DNA from: a virus
Lineage: Duplodnaviria; Caudoviricetes
Virus record (IMG/VR): IMGVR_UViG_3300028591_000108
Location: 32,001 to 96,000 of that record
Reading direction: 5' to 3' (one strand)
DNA: 64,000 bases
Numbering within the stretch: the stretch's first letter is position 1; every line of letters begins with the position of its first letter. The position numbers were made by a program, and so were the translations under genes. This document shows, piece by piece, positions 28,069-40,156 of this stretch. Under the pieces are notes generated by a model. That model was not told the origin of the DNA and did not search any database. It saw only the letters and a list, made by a program, of their open reading frames with translations.

Positions 28069-28439
28069 CAATTGGCTGTACTATCGCAACGACTTGTTTG
28101 TTTAGTTTTATACTTTTTCTTCTCGTATGGCTCCCCTGGTACTTCGACCTTGACACCTATACAAACTCGGGCACGGATGTAATTTGGATAACCAAAAACC
28201 GCGAACTTAATTGGTTCTTTACACACTTCCTGCTACCACATGCCGTTATGTACGAAAACCTGTGCGACCGCATCAATGGTAACGGATTGGCGTTACTGCT
28301 CCTTCTTTTGTCTCTAGTAACGCTACCCACTACCCTTATTATGTCTCTAATTGGTTTCTCTGTTTTACTAGTTCGTTACCTGTGGCGAACCTTTTGCCGC
28401 GCCTTCGCGCGAAAGGAGGAAGATGAATGGACTATGTAA
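28065..28439 (+). CDS. Membrane protein
   Basis: Multiple hydrophobic segments. Confidence 0.7.
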   Translation: MTIGCTIATTCLFSFILFLLVWLPWYFDLDTYTNSGTDVIWITKNRELNWFFTHFLLPHAVMYENLCDRINGNGLALLLLLLSLVTLPTTLIMSLIGFSVLLVRYLWRTFCRAFARKEEDEWTM

Positions 28440-28669
28440 CACGCAGTGTAATGCTTAATGTGATATGGCATTACTGTCCTAATAAATTTGGTTTTGACGA
28501 TGCTTTCGAGCAAACTACTATATTTTTTCTCTCAGAGATAATGAATTGTATTATCAATCATATACCATTTGATAGGTCCACCTATGATGAAACAGTTGAC
28601 TTCCTTGATGGGAATGGTTTTAAAGTAGAAGGAAACGAAACTAATGGATATGTTATTACACTTGCATGA
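28427..28669 (+). CDS. Hypothetical protein (tandem paralog 1)
   Basis: GFDDAF...DFLDGNGFKV. Confidence 0.75.
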   Translation: MDYVTRSVMLNVIWHYCPNKFGFDDAFEQTTIFFLSEIMNCIINHIPFDRSTYDETVDFLDGNGFKVEGNETNGYVITLA

Positions 28670-28681
28670 GGAAATACCGCA

Positions 28682-28939
28682 ATGACTTATTTAACTCGTC
28701 CACTATTACTTAATTATCTTAAACGCCACTGTCTCACTACTGTAGGTTTTGATGAGGCTTTTGCGCGCGCAGACACGACAATTCTTAATAATCTCTTTTA
28801 TATGATAGAAGAACACAGGCCAATACTTACTCCTTATGAGGAGTATATTGACTTTCTCGATGGCAATGGCTTCTCTGTAAAAAAATTCATGGATAATTTG
28901 TATATATTACAATATTTATACAAAGAGGAACCACAATGA
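28682..28939 (+). CDS. Hypothetical protein (tandem paralog 2)
   Basis: GFDEAF...DFLDGNGFSV. Confidence 0.75.
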   Translation: MTYLTRPLLLNYLKRHCLTTVGFDEAFARADTTILNNLFYMIEEHRPILTPYEEYIDFLDGNGFSVKKFMDNLYILQYLYKEEPQ

Positions 28940-29196
28940 GCTTAAAAGATTGGAAATCAGAATACCTAACTGTGCTTAAACTATATATTCCAAACACTAC
29001 TGGTTTTGATGAAGCATTTTCTAACATATCATCAGACTATTTACTAGCACTTGTTAATCTAATTATACATCCAGAAATGCATAAAGGTATATTCTTTAAT
29101 CCATATGATGAAGTAGCAGATTTTTTAGATGGTAATGGCTTCAAAGTCGAAGGTAGCGAAAAATATGGTTACACAATCACACTTTTAAAAACTTGA
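28936..29196 (+). CDS. Hypothetical protein (tandem paralog 3)
   Basis: GFDEAF...DFLDGNGFKV. Confidence 0.75.
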   Translation: MSLKDWKSEYLTVLKLYIPNTTGFDEAFSNISSDYLLALVNLIIHPEMHKGIFFNPYDEVADFLDGNGFKVEGSEKYGYTITLLKT

Positions 29197-29247
29197 CATA
29201 CTTCCAAATTTATGCTATACTATTTATATAAAGGAGATGAATTACAA

Positions 29248-29682
29248 ATGGCATCAGAACAACAACTTACAATTGATGAAATTCGCGCAGATAATGCATA
29301 TCAGGATGGCATGAAAGACTCTATCAAAGCCCTTCATGATATATATATTTTAGGAGACGACAAGCGTGAATTTCTATTTGGCAGTAAAAATTTTCTAACC
29401 ATTATCGGTAGATATACTCCTAAAGAAATGATAGACATTTTAAACAAAAAAGAACAACTATTGGCGCAACAAGTTCTATTAGGAGATGTAATAGAAGGCC
29501 CGCTTTCTTGTTGTTATCTAATAACTTATGTATATAAGGATAAAATCCATTTTGATTGTATCTCTCTTGATGACAATACCTATGGACATGCTATAGAAGC
29601 TACATCACTAAAAGAACTAAAGGCCAAGCGCAAGGAAGAACGACGCACTAATTATTTTGTAATTAAAGGGAGTGAAATTTAA
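29248..29682 (+). CDS. Hypothetical protein
   Basis: RBS AAAGGAG; promoter at 29193. Confidence 0.7.
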   Translation: MASEQQLTIDEIRADNAYQDGMKDSIKALHDIYILGDDKREFLFGSKNFLTIIGRYTPKEMIDILNKKEQLLAQQVLLGDVIEGPLSCCYLITYVYKDKIHFDCISLDDNTYGHAIEATSLKELKAKRKEERRTNYFVIKGSEI

Positions 29683-29888
29683 TGAATATGCCGCATACTA
29701 TCGAGGAACTCGCGCAGATGCTTGCTGAGCGGGACGGTATTAGTTATGAGGAAGAGCTTGCCGCAATTCACTTCGCGGCCGCAGAGATGGAACAGGCTTT
29801 TTATGAAGGGGATTTGTCCCTTGCCGAGGACATTCTAAGAAGCGACCTTGGCCTTGAGCCCGATTATCTTGATTTGTTTATCTACTAA
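29682..29888 (+). CDS. Hypothetical phage protein
   Basis: RDGIS...LGLEPDY motif. Confidence 0.75.
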   Translation: MNMPHTIEELAQMLAERDGISYEEELAAIHFAAAEMEQAFYEGDLSLAEDILRSDLGLEPDYLDLFIY

Positions 29889-29906
29889 GTAAAGGAGTAT
29901 ATTGTA

Positions 29907-30683
29907 ATGGATAAAACCTCACTGGGCGACCGCATGAAAGCCTATGAAAACATCGAGCGGAGATACTTTACTCGGCGCGAGCCCCTCATTATTCGACTGG
30001 ACGGAGTGCATTTCCATAGCTTTACCAAAGGATTCGATCGCCCATTCGACATAAGCTTTCTTACTTGTATGCGTAATACGATGCTGCGCCTATGCGAAAA
30101 TATTATGGGCGCCAAGCTTGCTTACACGCAATCTGATGAAATCACTATCCTTGTCACTGACGATGATACCCTTGAAACCGATGCTTGGTTTGGGAAGAAT
30201 CTACAGAAAATTGTAAGCGTTTCCGCCGCAATGGCTACCAACTTTTTCCACAACGAAATGATGGAAATAGTATACGGAGGTCCGGCTTCTCAGGGTCTGA
30301 ATCATGCCTATGACGAAGAGCGTCTTGCTATTTTTGATGCGCGCACTTTTATTGTGCCGCGTGAGGAAGTTCTTAACGTTTTTGAATGGCGCCAGCAGGA
30401 CTGCACGCGCAATTCTATCCAGTCTGTAGGCCAAGCTTATTTTTCTCATAAAGAACTCGATCATAAATCTTGTAACGATATTCAGAATATGCTTTTTACG
30501 CAAATAAGTATTAATTGGAATAATTATCCACTGAGTCTCAAACGTGGCGTTTGTGCAAAACAAGAACCAACTCTAGTTAATGGAGATGTGTATCGTATGA
30601 AATGGAAACTGGACGAGAATATTCCAATTTTCCATGAACATCCAGACTATATCAATGATATTGTATATCATAAGGAGAAATAA
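29907..30683 (+). CDS. thg1: tRNA(His) guanylyltransferase Thg1-like 3'-5' polymerase
   Basis: IIRLDGVHFHSFT, YTQSDEI, FDAR, WRQQDCTRNSI, KRG motifs. Confidence 0.92.
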   Translation: MDKTSLGDRMKAYENIERRYFTRREPLIIRLDGVHFHSFTKGFDRPFDISFLTCMRNTMLRLCENIMGAKLAYTQSDEITILVTDDDTLETDAWFGKNLQKIVSVSAAMATNFFHNEMMEIVYGGPASQGLNHAYDEERLAIFDARTFIVPREEVLNVFEWRQQDCTRNSIQSVGQAYFSHKELDHKSCNDIQNMLFTQISINWNNYPLSLKRGVCAKQEPTLVNGDVYRMKWKLDENIPIFHEHPDYINDIVYHKEK

Positions 30684-30685
30684 TA

Positions 30686-31063
30686 ATGACTACTAATTAC
30701 ATTATTGACCCATCCGTTTTTTATTGGATTCACGCTCTTAGCGATTTAAAAACGCTATCAATCGTGCTAACTGTTTTCTTGATAATCGGCGCAGCTGTTG
30801 CAGTTTGCTGTTGGATTTATAATTATTTTGAATTTGTAGACTGTGAACTTAATAGATATAAGCGCTATTACATGCTTAGTCGGCGTCTAACCTTTATACT
30901 AGGAATCCCAGGCTTTCTATGCCTTCTTGCCGCAATCTTCCTCCCTGATGTACAGACAAGTATTGAAATGCTTGTCGCGCGAACAGCCACATATGATAAT
31001 GTAAGTTGGACGGTTGAGCAAGTCAAGGAAGTTATTGACTACATCGTCAAGGCGCTACAATGA
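30686..31063 (+). CDS. Membrane protein
   Basis: Two TM segments. Confidence 0.75.
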   Translation: MTTNYIIDPSVFYWIHALSDLKTLSIVLTVFLIIGAAVAVCCWIYNYFEFVDCELNRYKRYYMLSRRLTFILGIPGFLCLLAAIFLPDVQTSIEMLVARTATYDNVSWTVEQVKEVIDYIVKALQ

Positions 31064-31299
31064 CTAAGTTTATAATAGATACATATAATAAATATGATGC
31101 AATCGACAAGGCGAATTCTCGTCTTGTCTTTTTGCATAATGATTAGTGGTGGGCAATTAAGGAGTTTTAGTATGAAAATGGCTAGTTACAGCGGCCGATC
31201 GGCTTAGAAGAACCTGATAATATTAATGAGCAATTCTTTCTTTACGATACATACTCTGATGCCTATAATTTTGTGAAAAAAATTCGTAGTATTGGATAA
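31060..31299 (+). CDS. Hypothetical protein (3 in-frame TAG)
   Basis: ATGA overlap with previous gene; open if TAG=Gln. Confidence 0.55.
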
Positions 31300-31362
31300 A
31301 ACAGATAAGTTTCCTTTAATTTCTATTACATATTACATGAAGTAAGATTATATCAAGGAGGA

Positions 31363-31827
31363 ATGGCCATGGCAAATAAATTACCACCTGCGCCTAAAGC
31401 TACACATGAGCTTAAGCAAATCTATCCATGGGATGAACATAGTTTGCAATGGCTTTTCGCGCAGCTTCGTCGCGTTGGATATGCGGGTGACTACGATGAC
31501 TTTAAACAAGCATATGAAGATATGGTGCCACTTATTGAAGGATACGATGGGCCATACCATATTACGCCACGTCTTGGCCTTGAGCAAGTATTAGATACAA
31601 AGAATCGTATGCTCGGTGCGAATATCGTTATTGACCCAATTCCTACTGATATAATTCAGACTGACTTGCCGCCGTATTCAGGTAACTACAATGTTACACC
31701 TATGGCTAACGTAGATCAAATTTTACGCACGCGCGGCACTGTTATGGAAGACAATGTAACTATTGAACAAATCCCATATTATGAAACAACTAACGATGCG
31801 GGTGGATACACCGTCGTAATAGGATAA
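31363..31827 (+). CDS. Putative virion/tail-associated protein
   Basis: Internal repeat Y.G.Y..TP; C-terminal PYYET.N.AGG.TV.IG. Confidence 0.7.
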   Translation: MAMANKLPPAPKATHELKQIYPWDEHSLQWLFAQLRRVGYAGDYDDFKQAYEDMVPLIEGYDGPYHITPRLGLEQVLDTKNRMLGANIVIDPIPTDIIQTDLPPYSGNYNVTPMANVDQILRTRGTVMEDNVTIEQIPYYETTNDAGGYTVVIG

Positions 31828-31841
31828 AGGAGGAACTTTAA

Positions 31842-32447
31842 ATGGCGAATTTATACAAAAATAAAATTATATATGGCGGCGATGTCCTTATCGACTTAAC
31901 ATAGGACGATGTAACCGCCGCAGATGTAACTTCTGGTAAAAAATTTCATTTACCTTCTGGCGCGACAGCAACAGGCACTAATACCTATGATGCTGATACT
32001 TCCGATGCGACTGCGGTTGCTGCGGAAATTCTTAATAGTAAAACCGCATATAAGAATGGCGAAAAAATAACAGGTACTATGCCTAATAGGGGCGCAGTTG
32101 CTGGCACTATATCTACTGTCGCGGGCGAATATACTGTGCCGCAAGGTTACCACGATGGTAGCGGCAAGGTTGCTATTGCGGCGACAGAGTAGGCAAAACT
32201 TGTAGCCGCAAATATTCGTGAAGGTATTACTGTATTAGGAGTCACTGGTACTATGAGCGGCAGTGAAGGCATGAAAGCGACCGCTGCGTCTGTTACTCCA
32301 TATACTACAGCACAAACAATTACGCCTTCGAGTTTAGGTGATTTTAATAGCATAAGTCAAATCAATGTTGCCGCAATTGCTTATACAGAAAGTGACAATG
32401 CGGCGGGTGGCGTTACAGTTACAATTGGTACTGTTGCGCCCGCGTGA
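31842..32447 (+). CDS. Tail-associated protein (TAG=Gln)
   Basis: NKIIYGGDVLIDLT*D...GTMPNRG...GYHDGSG...ATE*AKL..ANIREG. Confidence 0.8.
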
Positions 32448-32461
32448 GGTGGTGAAACGTA

Positions 32462-32878
32462 ATGGCAAATAATCCTTATATAAATAAAATAAATTATGGG
32501 GATTAGACCTTAATTGATTTGACTGCGGATACAGTAGCGGCAGGCGCATTATTGAGTGGGTATACCGCACATAACGCTTCCGGCGCGATAATTACTGGTG
32601 CTATTTAGGCAAAAACATAGAATGATGTGACTATTGAGGGAACCGAAGTTAATGTAATAGCGGGATATTATCCAGCTGTTAATAAAAATATAGATGGGAT
32701 ATAGTTAACTGTCCCAGAAAGTAATACACATGATTTTTATATTGATTTTCCTGATACTATCGCACCCGCATCTGCTAGTGATTGGTCGCGCATTGTTTTT
32801 AGTGTAGATGATGAGGGGAATTCAACGGTAACGGACAGTTAGATGAATTTAATCGCGGCTGAGGAGGTATCTTTTTAA
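32462..32878 (+). CDS. Tail-associated protein (TAG=Gln)
   Basis: NKINYGD*TLIDLTADTV paralogous N-terminus; TAATG coupling. Confidence 0.7.
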
Positions 32879-34800
32879 TGAGTAATATGTATGTTTTATA
32901 GGAATCAACCCTACAAGGATTGGGAAATGCTATGCGTAAGCATTTTGATACAACAGATACCTTTACGCCGTTGGAAATGATTGAAAAATTAAATATAAAA
33001 GAAACTGGCTCAGTTAATATACAAATGAATAATAATTCACATATTAATCCAGTTACTGGAAAATGGGAGCGTCCTGAAACTTGGCCAGATATAGATGCTC
33101 TCGCTGCGGAATGCAATGGAGAAGAAGACTGTCTGTATCTTACATATGATTTAACTGTTCATCCAGATTATCATTGGATTGGAATATATGTAAATATGTC
33201 GGAAGGAGATACTTGGTATTTAGATAGATATGATGAGGGTGAATTTACTCATACACATCTATCTGCGTCAAAAAATAATAGAATAAGATATGATTTAACA
33301 AATGAACCTGATAATAGTACAGTATAGGTTTGGCGGTTGACTTCTAACGGGCATATTAGCTGGTTTGGTTATGTACCAAACAGTACTGTAGAAGCAGAAA
33401 ACTTTGCTAATAACTCATAGCCTTGCGTTGACCGTGCGGGAATATTACCTTGGTGTGTACAGTTAGGCCCTGCTAGTGGCCTTAGTTATACAAGCCCAAG
33501 TAGTTATATCGGCGCAACATTATGGCTAGAACATGACGCTTTAACATTTGGAACAAAAGCAAGCGTTACTAGTTTACGCAATTTTTGGTATGATGCGAGA
33601 CGACTAGCCGTAATAGATACAAGTAATTGGAATACAAGTGGCTGGGCAGTTACAAGTTTAAATAATACATGGGTACATTGTTATTCTTTAATAGATTTGG
33701 AATTAAATAATTTAGATACAAGTCATTGGGAAGTAAATAATATGGTGAGCGCATGGAATGAATGCTTTTCACTACGACAATTGGATTTGAGTAAATGGGA
33801 CACAAGTAAGTGGTCTGTAGCAAATCTCGGGTCTACTTGGTATCGTTGTTATAGCTTACAAGAATTAGATATTAGTACTTGGGATACTTCGAATTGGGCG
33901 GTTACAACGATACAGGACTGCTGGTAGCAATGCGAGTCTTTAGAAAAGCTAGATTTAAATAATTGGGATACTTCCAATTGGCGAGTATCATCATTACAGA
34001 ATACTTGGGGTTACTGTTACAGTTTAAAAAAATTAAATATAGATGACTGGGATGTTAGTAATTGGCCGATAACTTCTCTATAGTAGGCTTGGACCAATTG
34101 CCGATCATTAAAACAATTAAATTTAAATAAATGGGATACTTAGAATTGGGAATTAACATCTTTATCAAATACTTGGGACGGATGTAATGGATTAGAACAA
34201 TTAAATATTAATGAATGGGACACTAGTAATTGGTCATTAACCACTTTAAGTTCTACTTGGAGATATTGTTATAGTTTATAGAAGTTAAATTTAAATGATT
34301 GGGATACTAATAATTGGATATTAACATCATTATACTACACTTGGGATTCTTGTTATTCATTACAAGAATTAAATATTAATGCATGGGATACACAAAATTG
34401 GGAAATACATGATATGCGTCATATAATTAGTAATTGTTATAATTTAAAAATCTTTGATATTGAAGACTGGGATACAACAAATTGGAGCAATATTAATTTT
34501 CAAGGCGTTTTCGATGGCACATGGACACTATAGATTTGTCGGCTTCCATTGGGGCTTCCAGTAACTTCTAACTTTTCATATCCTAACAACATAGCGTTAA
34601 TATATTATTCAGGATATGGTATTAATGCTAATCATAACCTTTCGAGTACCAAACTAACTGCCGACTCTATTAGGTCTATCTTCAATCGTCTACCAACTAT
34701 CTCTAACTCACTAACAATTACTCTCGGCGCAGAAAATCTTCTCAAAGTAACCGCCGAAGATATCGCAGTCGCAACTAACAAAGGCTGGACAGTAGCATAA
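32878..34800 (+). CDS. LRR/BspA-DUF285-like repeat protein, probable receptor-binding protein (TAG=Gln)
   Basis: About 11 tandem ~28-aa WDTSNW..C.SL..L repeats; C-terminal IAVATNKGWTVA. Confidence 0.75.
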
Positions 34801-34814
34801 GGAAGGTGATTTAA

Positions 34815-35588
34815 ATGGCAGACATAAATTTTGGCGTAAACCTAGTTCCTAAGAGCGATAGCCTTTACACGCTAGGAACCGCAAATTACAAATGGAATAT
34901 ATTCGCTAATTCTATTAATGGCACAGCATTAACTAATGCCTTCCTTCCGTCAGTTACTTCTGACAATAATGGACAAATTCTAAAGGTTGATAATGGCGTC
35001 TGGACTGTTGGCGAAGCGCCGACTTCTCTACCGCCTATTTCAATCTTAAATAACAATAGCGTTCTATAGGTACAAAATGGAGATTGGGCCGTTTTGCCGC
35101 TAGCTGTAATGTCGGGCGCGGACAGTTCAACAGATGGAACATCTGGCTTAGTACCCGCGCCTACCACTGCGGATGTAAATAAGTTCTTATCGGGCGATGG
35201 CACTTGGAAATCAGGTGGATTACCTATGGTTATATTAAAATATGGCTCTTCTACTTGGGATGATTTTATGGCAGCTTACAATAATAATGTAATAGTATAT
35301 TGTCGTGCTTCTTCTAATTCTAATCCTGCGAGCGGCAACTAGCTAAGAATGGCTTTTATGGCATATGTAAATGATGAAACTAATCCTACAGAAGTAGAGT
35401 TTCAATACTATCGTTCAGTATCTAGTCATAGCGCAACATAGATGGGTGACTAGGTATTTGTATATAAATTAAATAAAAATAGTGGGTGGTCTGTCACCAC
35501 TCGTGAAGCAAGTCTAAAACAAATAGTTGCGGGAACGGGTATAAGCGTATCCTGGTCTAGTAACAAAGCAACTATTAGTTTAGCATAA
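34815..35588 (+). CDS. Tail fibre-like protein (TAG=Gln)
   Basis: LPSVTSDNNGQIL, GTSGLVPAP...KFLSGDGTW motifs. Confidence 0.7.
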
Positions 35589-35602
35589 TTTGAGGTGATA
35601 AA

Positions 35603-35851
35603 ATGCGAAATGTATATTTTATAAGCCAAGCTTACCACAATAAAACCAATGATACTTGGACAAAAGGTATGGTAGTTAAGAGTGACCCCGAAAAAGATAA
35701 TGAGGCAGAAGCCCTACAAGTGTATCACTCATATCTTGGCGCATATGCCTATGGCCACGCGCCGGAAATTGATTTTGTATATTGTTGCTTAACCGCAGCA
35801 GATAATATACGTGAGCCATTAGAAGAGCGCTGGGAAGCTCCAGTTACCTAA
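35603..35851 (+). CDS. Hypothetical protein, single-domain homologue of 38741
   Basis: RBS GAGGTG; TKG...YHSYL motif. Confidence 0.7.
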   Translation: MRNVYFISQAYHNKTNDTWTKGMVVKSDPEKDNEAEALQVYHSYLGAYAYGHAPEIDFVYCCLTAADNIREPLEERWEAPVT

Positions 35852-35867
35852 AAGAAGGTAAAACACA

Positions 35868-35939
35868 ATGGAAAACAAATTCTTTCTACATCATATTCGT
35901 AAAAACGGACTTCAGCAAGAATATAAACATATTTATTAA
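35868..35939 (+). pseudogene. Truncated copy of the 5' end of gene 38741
   Basis: MENKFFLHHIRKNG vs MENKFFLHRIRKDG; near-identical DNA over ~40 bp. Confidence 0.6.
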
Positions 35940-35951
35940 TGAGGTGATTAA

Positions 35952-38726
35952 ATGCACATTTTATCAAAAATAGGTAACCGAGATAATGTGGTTACTTATG
36001 AACATATATGTGATACTGTTGCTGATATGCCAGCAATAGAATCACACTATATAACTCTAGGCTCTGTCTGTCTAGTACTTGGCGGCGAAAGTGGCATGTA
36101 GGTTTACATGGCAGATTCATAGAAATAGTGGCATAATATTATGACTGCCGTAAGTGAAGCAGGACAAAGTACCTCGGGTCTTACACTGCATATTTGTACT
36201 CCCGAAGAAATTAACGAAGGCGTGCCCGCAATTGAATAGCCGCTTGAATCTACATTATATCTTGTGCCTTCGGGTGAAGAAACTGGTAACTTATATAAAG
36301 AATATGTATATGTAAATGATAATTGGGAACTATTTGGCAGCGCCGATATTGACCTCAGCGGCTACGCACCAATTGCGAATCCTGTCTTCACTGGAAGTAT
36401 TAGTATGGGAAGAAAATCAAATACTACCGTTGGACAAGATAGTGTTACTATTGGAATGAATACTACTGCTTCTGCATATAAATCAATTGCAACAGGAAGC
36501 GGGACGATTGCGAGTTATATGTATGCTCATGCTGAAGGTATGAATACCACTGCAAATAACACAGCGACTCATGCGGAAGGAATAGGTAATCTTAGTGGAA
36601 CTTTTACTTATAATCATCAAACTTATACTGGTACCGGCGCGTATGGCACCTTCTCCCATGCAGAAGGCCAAAATACATGGGCAATGAGCCATGTCGCTCA
36701 TGCTGAAGGTATGGATACTAAAGCTTGCGGAACTGCATCGCACTCAGAAGGATAGAACACTTAGGCAAAAGGATATTTTTCTCACGCAGAAGGATTTAAC
36801 ACCACTACTGAAGGAACAGCAGCACATGCAGAAGGAAATTCTACTATCGCGCGCGGTAACTATTCTCATGCTAGTGGTGATAATACAATTGCTCAAGGCG
36901 CATATGAAACTGTAGTTGGGCGTTATAACTTAGTTACTACTTTTTCGGATTGGAGAGCCAATAACGAATATAAAGTTGGTGCTTTAATTACAAGACACGA
37001 AAATAATATTGACGTGATTTATCGCTGTAAAACCGAACACACCAGTGGATCTTCTTTTGATTCAAGTAAATGGGAACTTGGAGGAAAATACCTATTTGTA
37101 GTTGGTACAGGAACAAGTGAGTATGACCGCAATAATGCTTTTACTGTAAAATATGATGGTAGTATCGAGCAGGGTAAATATGCTACTGCTTCTAATAGTT
37201 TCTCTCATGCTCAAGGCTATTCAACATAGGCAAATGCGATATATTCACATGCTGAAGGCAATACTTCACGGGCGAATGGTGATTTTTCACACGCAGAGGG
37301 TAATGTAACTATTACGAGTGGTACGGGGTCACATTCGGAAGGTAATGGTACAACTGCAATAGGGTCATACTCACATGCCGAAGGTGATAATACAACTGCA
37401 TCAGGAGTATACTCACATGCAGAAGGGACAGGTTATAAAAATTATTCAATTACATATAAAGACGTAACTTATTCTAATACTGGCGCCCATGGTTAGAGTT
37501 CACATACAGAAGGTTACGGAACCTGGGCAATTGCTCCACACTCTCATGCGGAAGGATCTTCTGTTGTGGCAGGAAATTCATACGCTCATGCTGAAGGTGA
37601 TAGTCTTTCTATTAAAACTGTTAATGGAATTACATACCCCGCCGCAGGAGCATATGGAATAAGCTCTCATAGTGAAGGAAGAAACACTCTAGCAATTGCT
37701 AATTATTCACATACAGAAGGTCAAGCAACAGTAGCTTCAAGTGCTGGTGCGCATGCAGAAGGTGAAAGTACTACCGCATCTGGCTCTGCTGCACATGCAG
37801 AAGGAAGTTATACAACTGCATCTGGACAACAGTCGCACGCTGAAGGCTATTACTCTGTTGCTTCTAATAGTTACGCGCATGCGGAAGGGTATAGTGCAGA
37901 AGCCTCAGGATATAGTTCACATGCTGAAGGATATGATGCCAAAACCGCTGGAAGTTATGCACATGCCGAAGGATAGGGAAGTGGATCAGCTGCAATAACA
38001 TGGGGTAACTCTTCTTATTCTGGTTCGGGCGCATATGGAACGGCATCACACTCTGAGGGAATATCAACCTGGGCAATGGGTTCATCGTCACATGCAGAAG
38101 GTTCATATACAAAAGCGTTTGCGGAAAATGCACATGCGGAAGGCACCTCTTCAACTGCCTCATCCAATGCTTCACATGCTGAAGGAATACAAACAGCCGC
38201 ATCTGGACGCGCGAGCCATGCAGAAGGACAAAGTACTATTGCACAAGGGCTATGTTCACATGCAGAAGGCGAAAACACCAGAGCGGTTGGATCTTATTCG
38301 CATAGTGCAGGTACAGATACCATTGCTATGCATGACTATTCTCATGCCTGCGGTCAATCTACTGTTGCTTATGGTCATAATACGTTTGTTATTGGTAAAT
38401 ATAATATATCGTATGATTCTATTTCAGAATATGCTGCTGGCACAGAATATGCAGTAGGAGATTTAATTAAAATTACAACAGGTGATACATATATAATTTA
38501 TAGATGTATCACCGCGCATACTAGTGCAGAAACTTATACTCAAGATAGAGATAATTGGGAAGAACCCCATGCCTTTGTAATAGGTAACGGAAGTTCTCAA
38601 ACTCGTTCCAATGCATTTACAGTTAATTGGGATGGCAGTGTAGAAATGGGGCCAGTATTAAAAGTTGGTAATACTACCATAACTGAATCTCAATTATAGC
38701 AATTACTTGCTTTATTAAATACCTAA
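35952..38726 (+). CDS. Trimeric adhesin-like tail fibre with YadA-head-type HAEG repeats (924 aa, TAG=Gln)
   Basis: Dozens of 14-aa SHAEG..T.A repeats; two Y.VG..I...IYRC..HTS carbohydrate-binding-like modules. Confidence 0.85.
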
Positions 38727-38740
38727 TGGAGGTAATTTAA

Positions 38741-39187
38741 ATGGAAAACAAATTCTTTCTCCATCGTATTCGTAAAGATGGAGACGCTTATAATACAGGA
38801 ATCGAAGTACATGATACTCTCGACTCCGCAATTTAGTCCTTTCATGCACAAATGAAAATGGCCTATAACAATCCAAGCTACCCTAACATGACTTTCGTAT
38901 CATGTATGGTAACAGATGAGCAAGACCAAGTAGTAGGCAAATACAATGAAACTTGGTCTAAAGCAAATATATCTGATTTCTTTGTTCATTCTATTCGTCA
39001 TGATGGAGACACTTATACAAAAGGAATTGAAGTACAGCCTTGGTATGGCGCGGCTTGCCGCTCTTTCCATACTCAACTTGAATTTGGCTATAATAATTCC
39101 AAATTCCCAAACGTCACATTCGTTGCTAGTAAAATTACTGGCGGCAGCGGCATTATACATAAAACAGAATCGTGGACAAAAGAATAA
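38741..39187 (+). CDS. Hypothetical protein with internal duplication (one TAG)
   Basis: RBS GGAGGT; two repeats of FF.H.IR.DGD.Y..GIEV. Confidence 0.75.
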
Positions 39188-39273
39188 CATATGGCGGCAG
39201 AAATGCCGCCTCTTTTTTTATTTGACTTTTATCTAAATTTATAATATAATATGTATATAGAAAGGAGTAGATT

Positions 39274-39489
39274 ATGAATACAACAACTCTTCATGCTTTT
39301 ACAAGTCTAAGTGATTGGCAATGGCACAAAATGGACCCTCAAGAAATAGATATGTATGTGCGACAAGATTTGGCGCAACAGCTTGTTGATTTTATTATGG
39401 ATGAGGATTTGATTAAGATAGATATGGATAGAGATTTATCTACTAATACCATTACTATGCAAACACAGCTTAAAATTATTCAGGAGTAA
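39274..39489 (+). CDS. Hypothetical protein
   Basis: Promoter and RBS AAAGGAG. Confidence 0.7.
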   Translation: MNTTTLHAFTSLSDWQWHKMDPQEIDMYVRQDLAQQLVDFIMDEDLIKIDMDRDLSTNTITMQTQLKIIQE

Positions 39490-39501
39490 TAATATTGGAC
39501 G

Positions 39502-39735
39502 GTGAAAATTAGAATGTTTACTGGCGACGAAATTTTTGGAACTCGTAATAAAGATGGATCATGGGACTTAGAAATAACAGGCATGGAATATAATTCAGAT
39601 GGCAGCTCACAAGAGCGAAAACTTACTATAAAAGGTGCAAGTGTTGAGGTAGAAATGTCAGCACATGAACCACCGAATGTTAAGATAATGACAGATGATA
39701 CTATTCATATTGTAGAGCGGCCTATCTTTCACTAA
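39502..39735 (+). CDS. Hypothetical protein
   Basis: Intact ORF in operon. Confidence 0.55.
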   Translation: MKIRMFTGDEIFGTRNKDGSWDLEITGMEYNSDGSSQERKLTIKGASVEVEMSAHEPPNVKIMTDDTIHIVERPIFH

Positions 39736-39750
39736 CATAAGGAGGGCGCA

Positions 39751-40119
39751 ATGGAACAAGCAAACGATACCATATATATAAATGCAAACGATATATCAAC
39801 GTTACCACAAACATCATTATGGCCATCTATGACATTAAATTCAAACGCATGTACTATTATGCGTAATCCGTGGGAAGATAAATTAAAAGAATATTGTAGC
39901 TCTACTGATAAGCATTTGGATGAACTAGAAGAAGATATTGAATTCTTAGATAATATGCGTAAGGACACGAATGGTTAGCTAGCCTTTCATAATGATAAGA
40001 TTGGCGAGCTTGAGGCTAAAATAAAATCGCTTCAAAATGAGAATGTTCTATTACGTTCCGATTTAGACAATTTATATAATCAAATTTATATGTTGCAGCA
40101 GAAACTTGACAACCAATAA
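39751..40119 (+). CDS. Coiled-coil hypothetical protein (one TAG)
   Basis: Heptad pattern continues through TAG at 39976. Confidence 0.65.
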
Positions 40120-40156
40120 AAATTATAGTATAATAAAAGAAAAAAGGAGATAAAAA

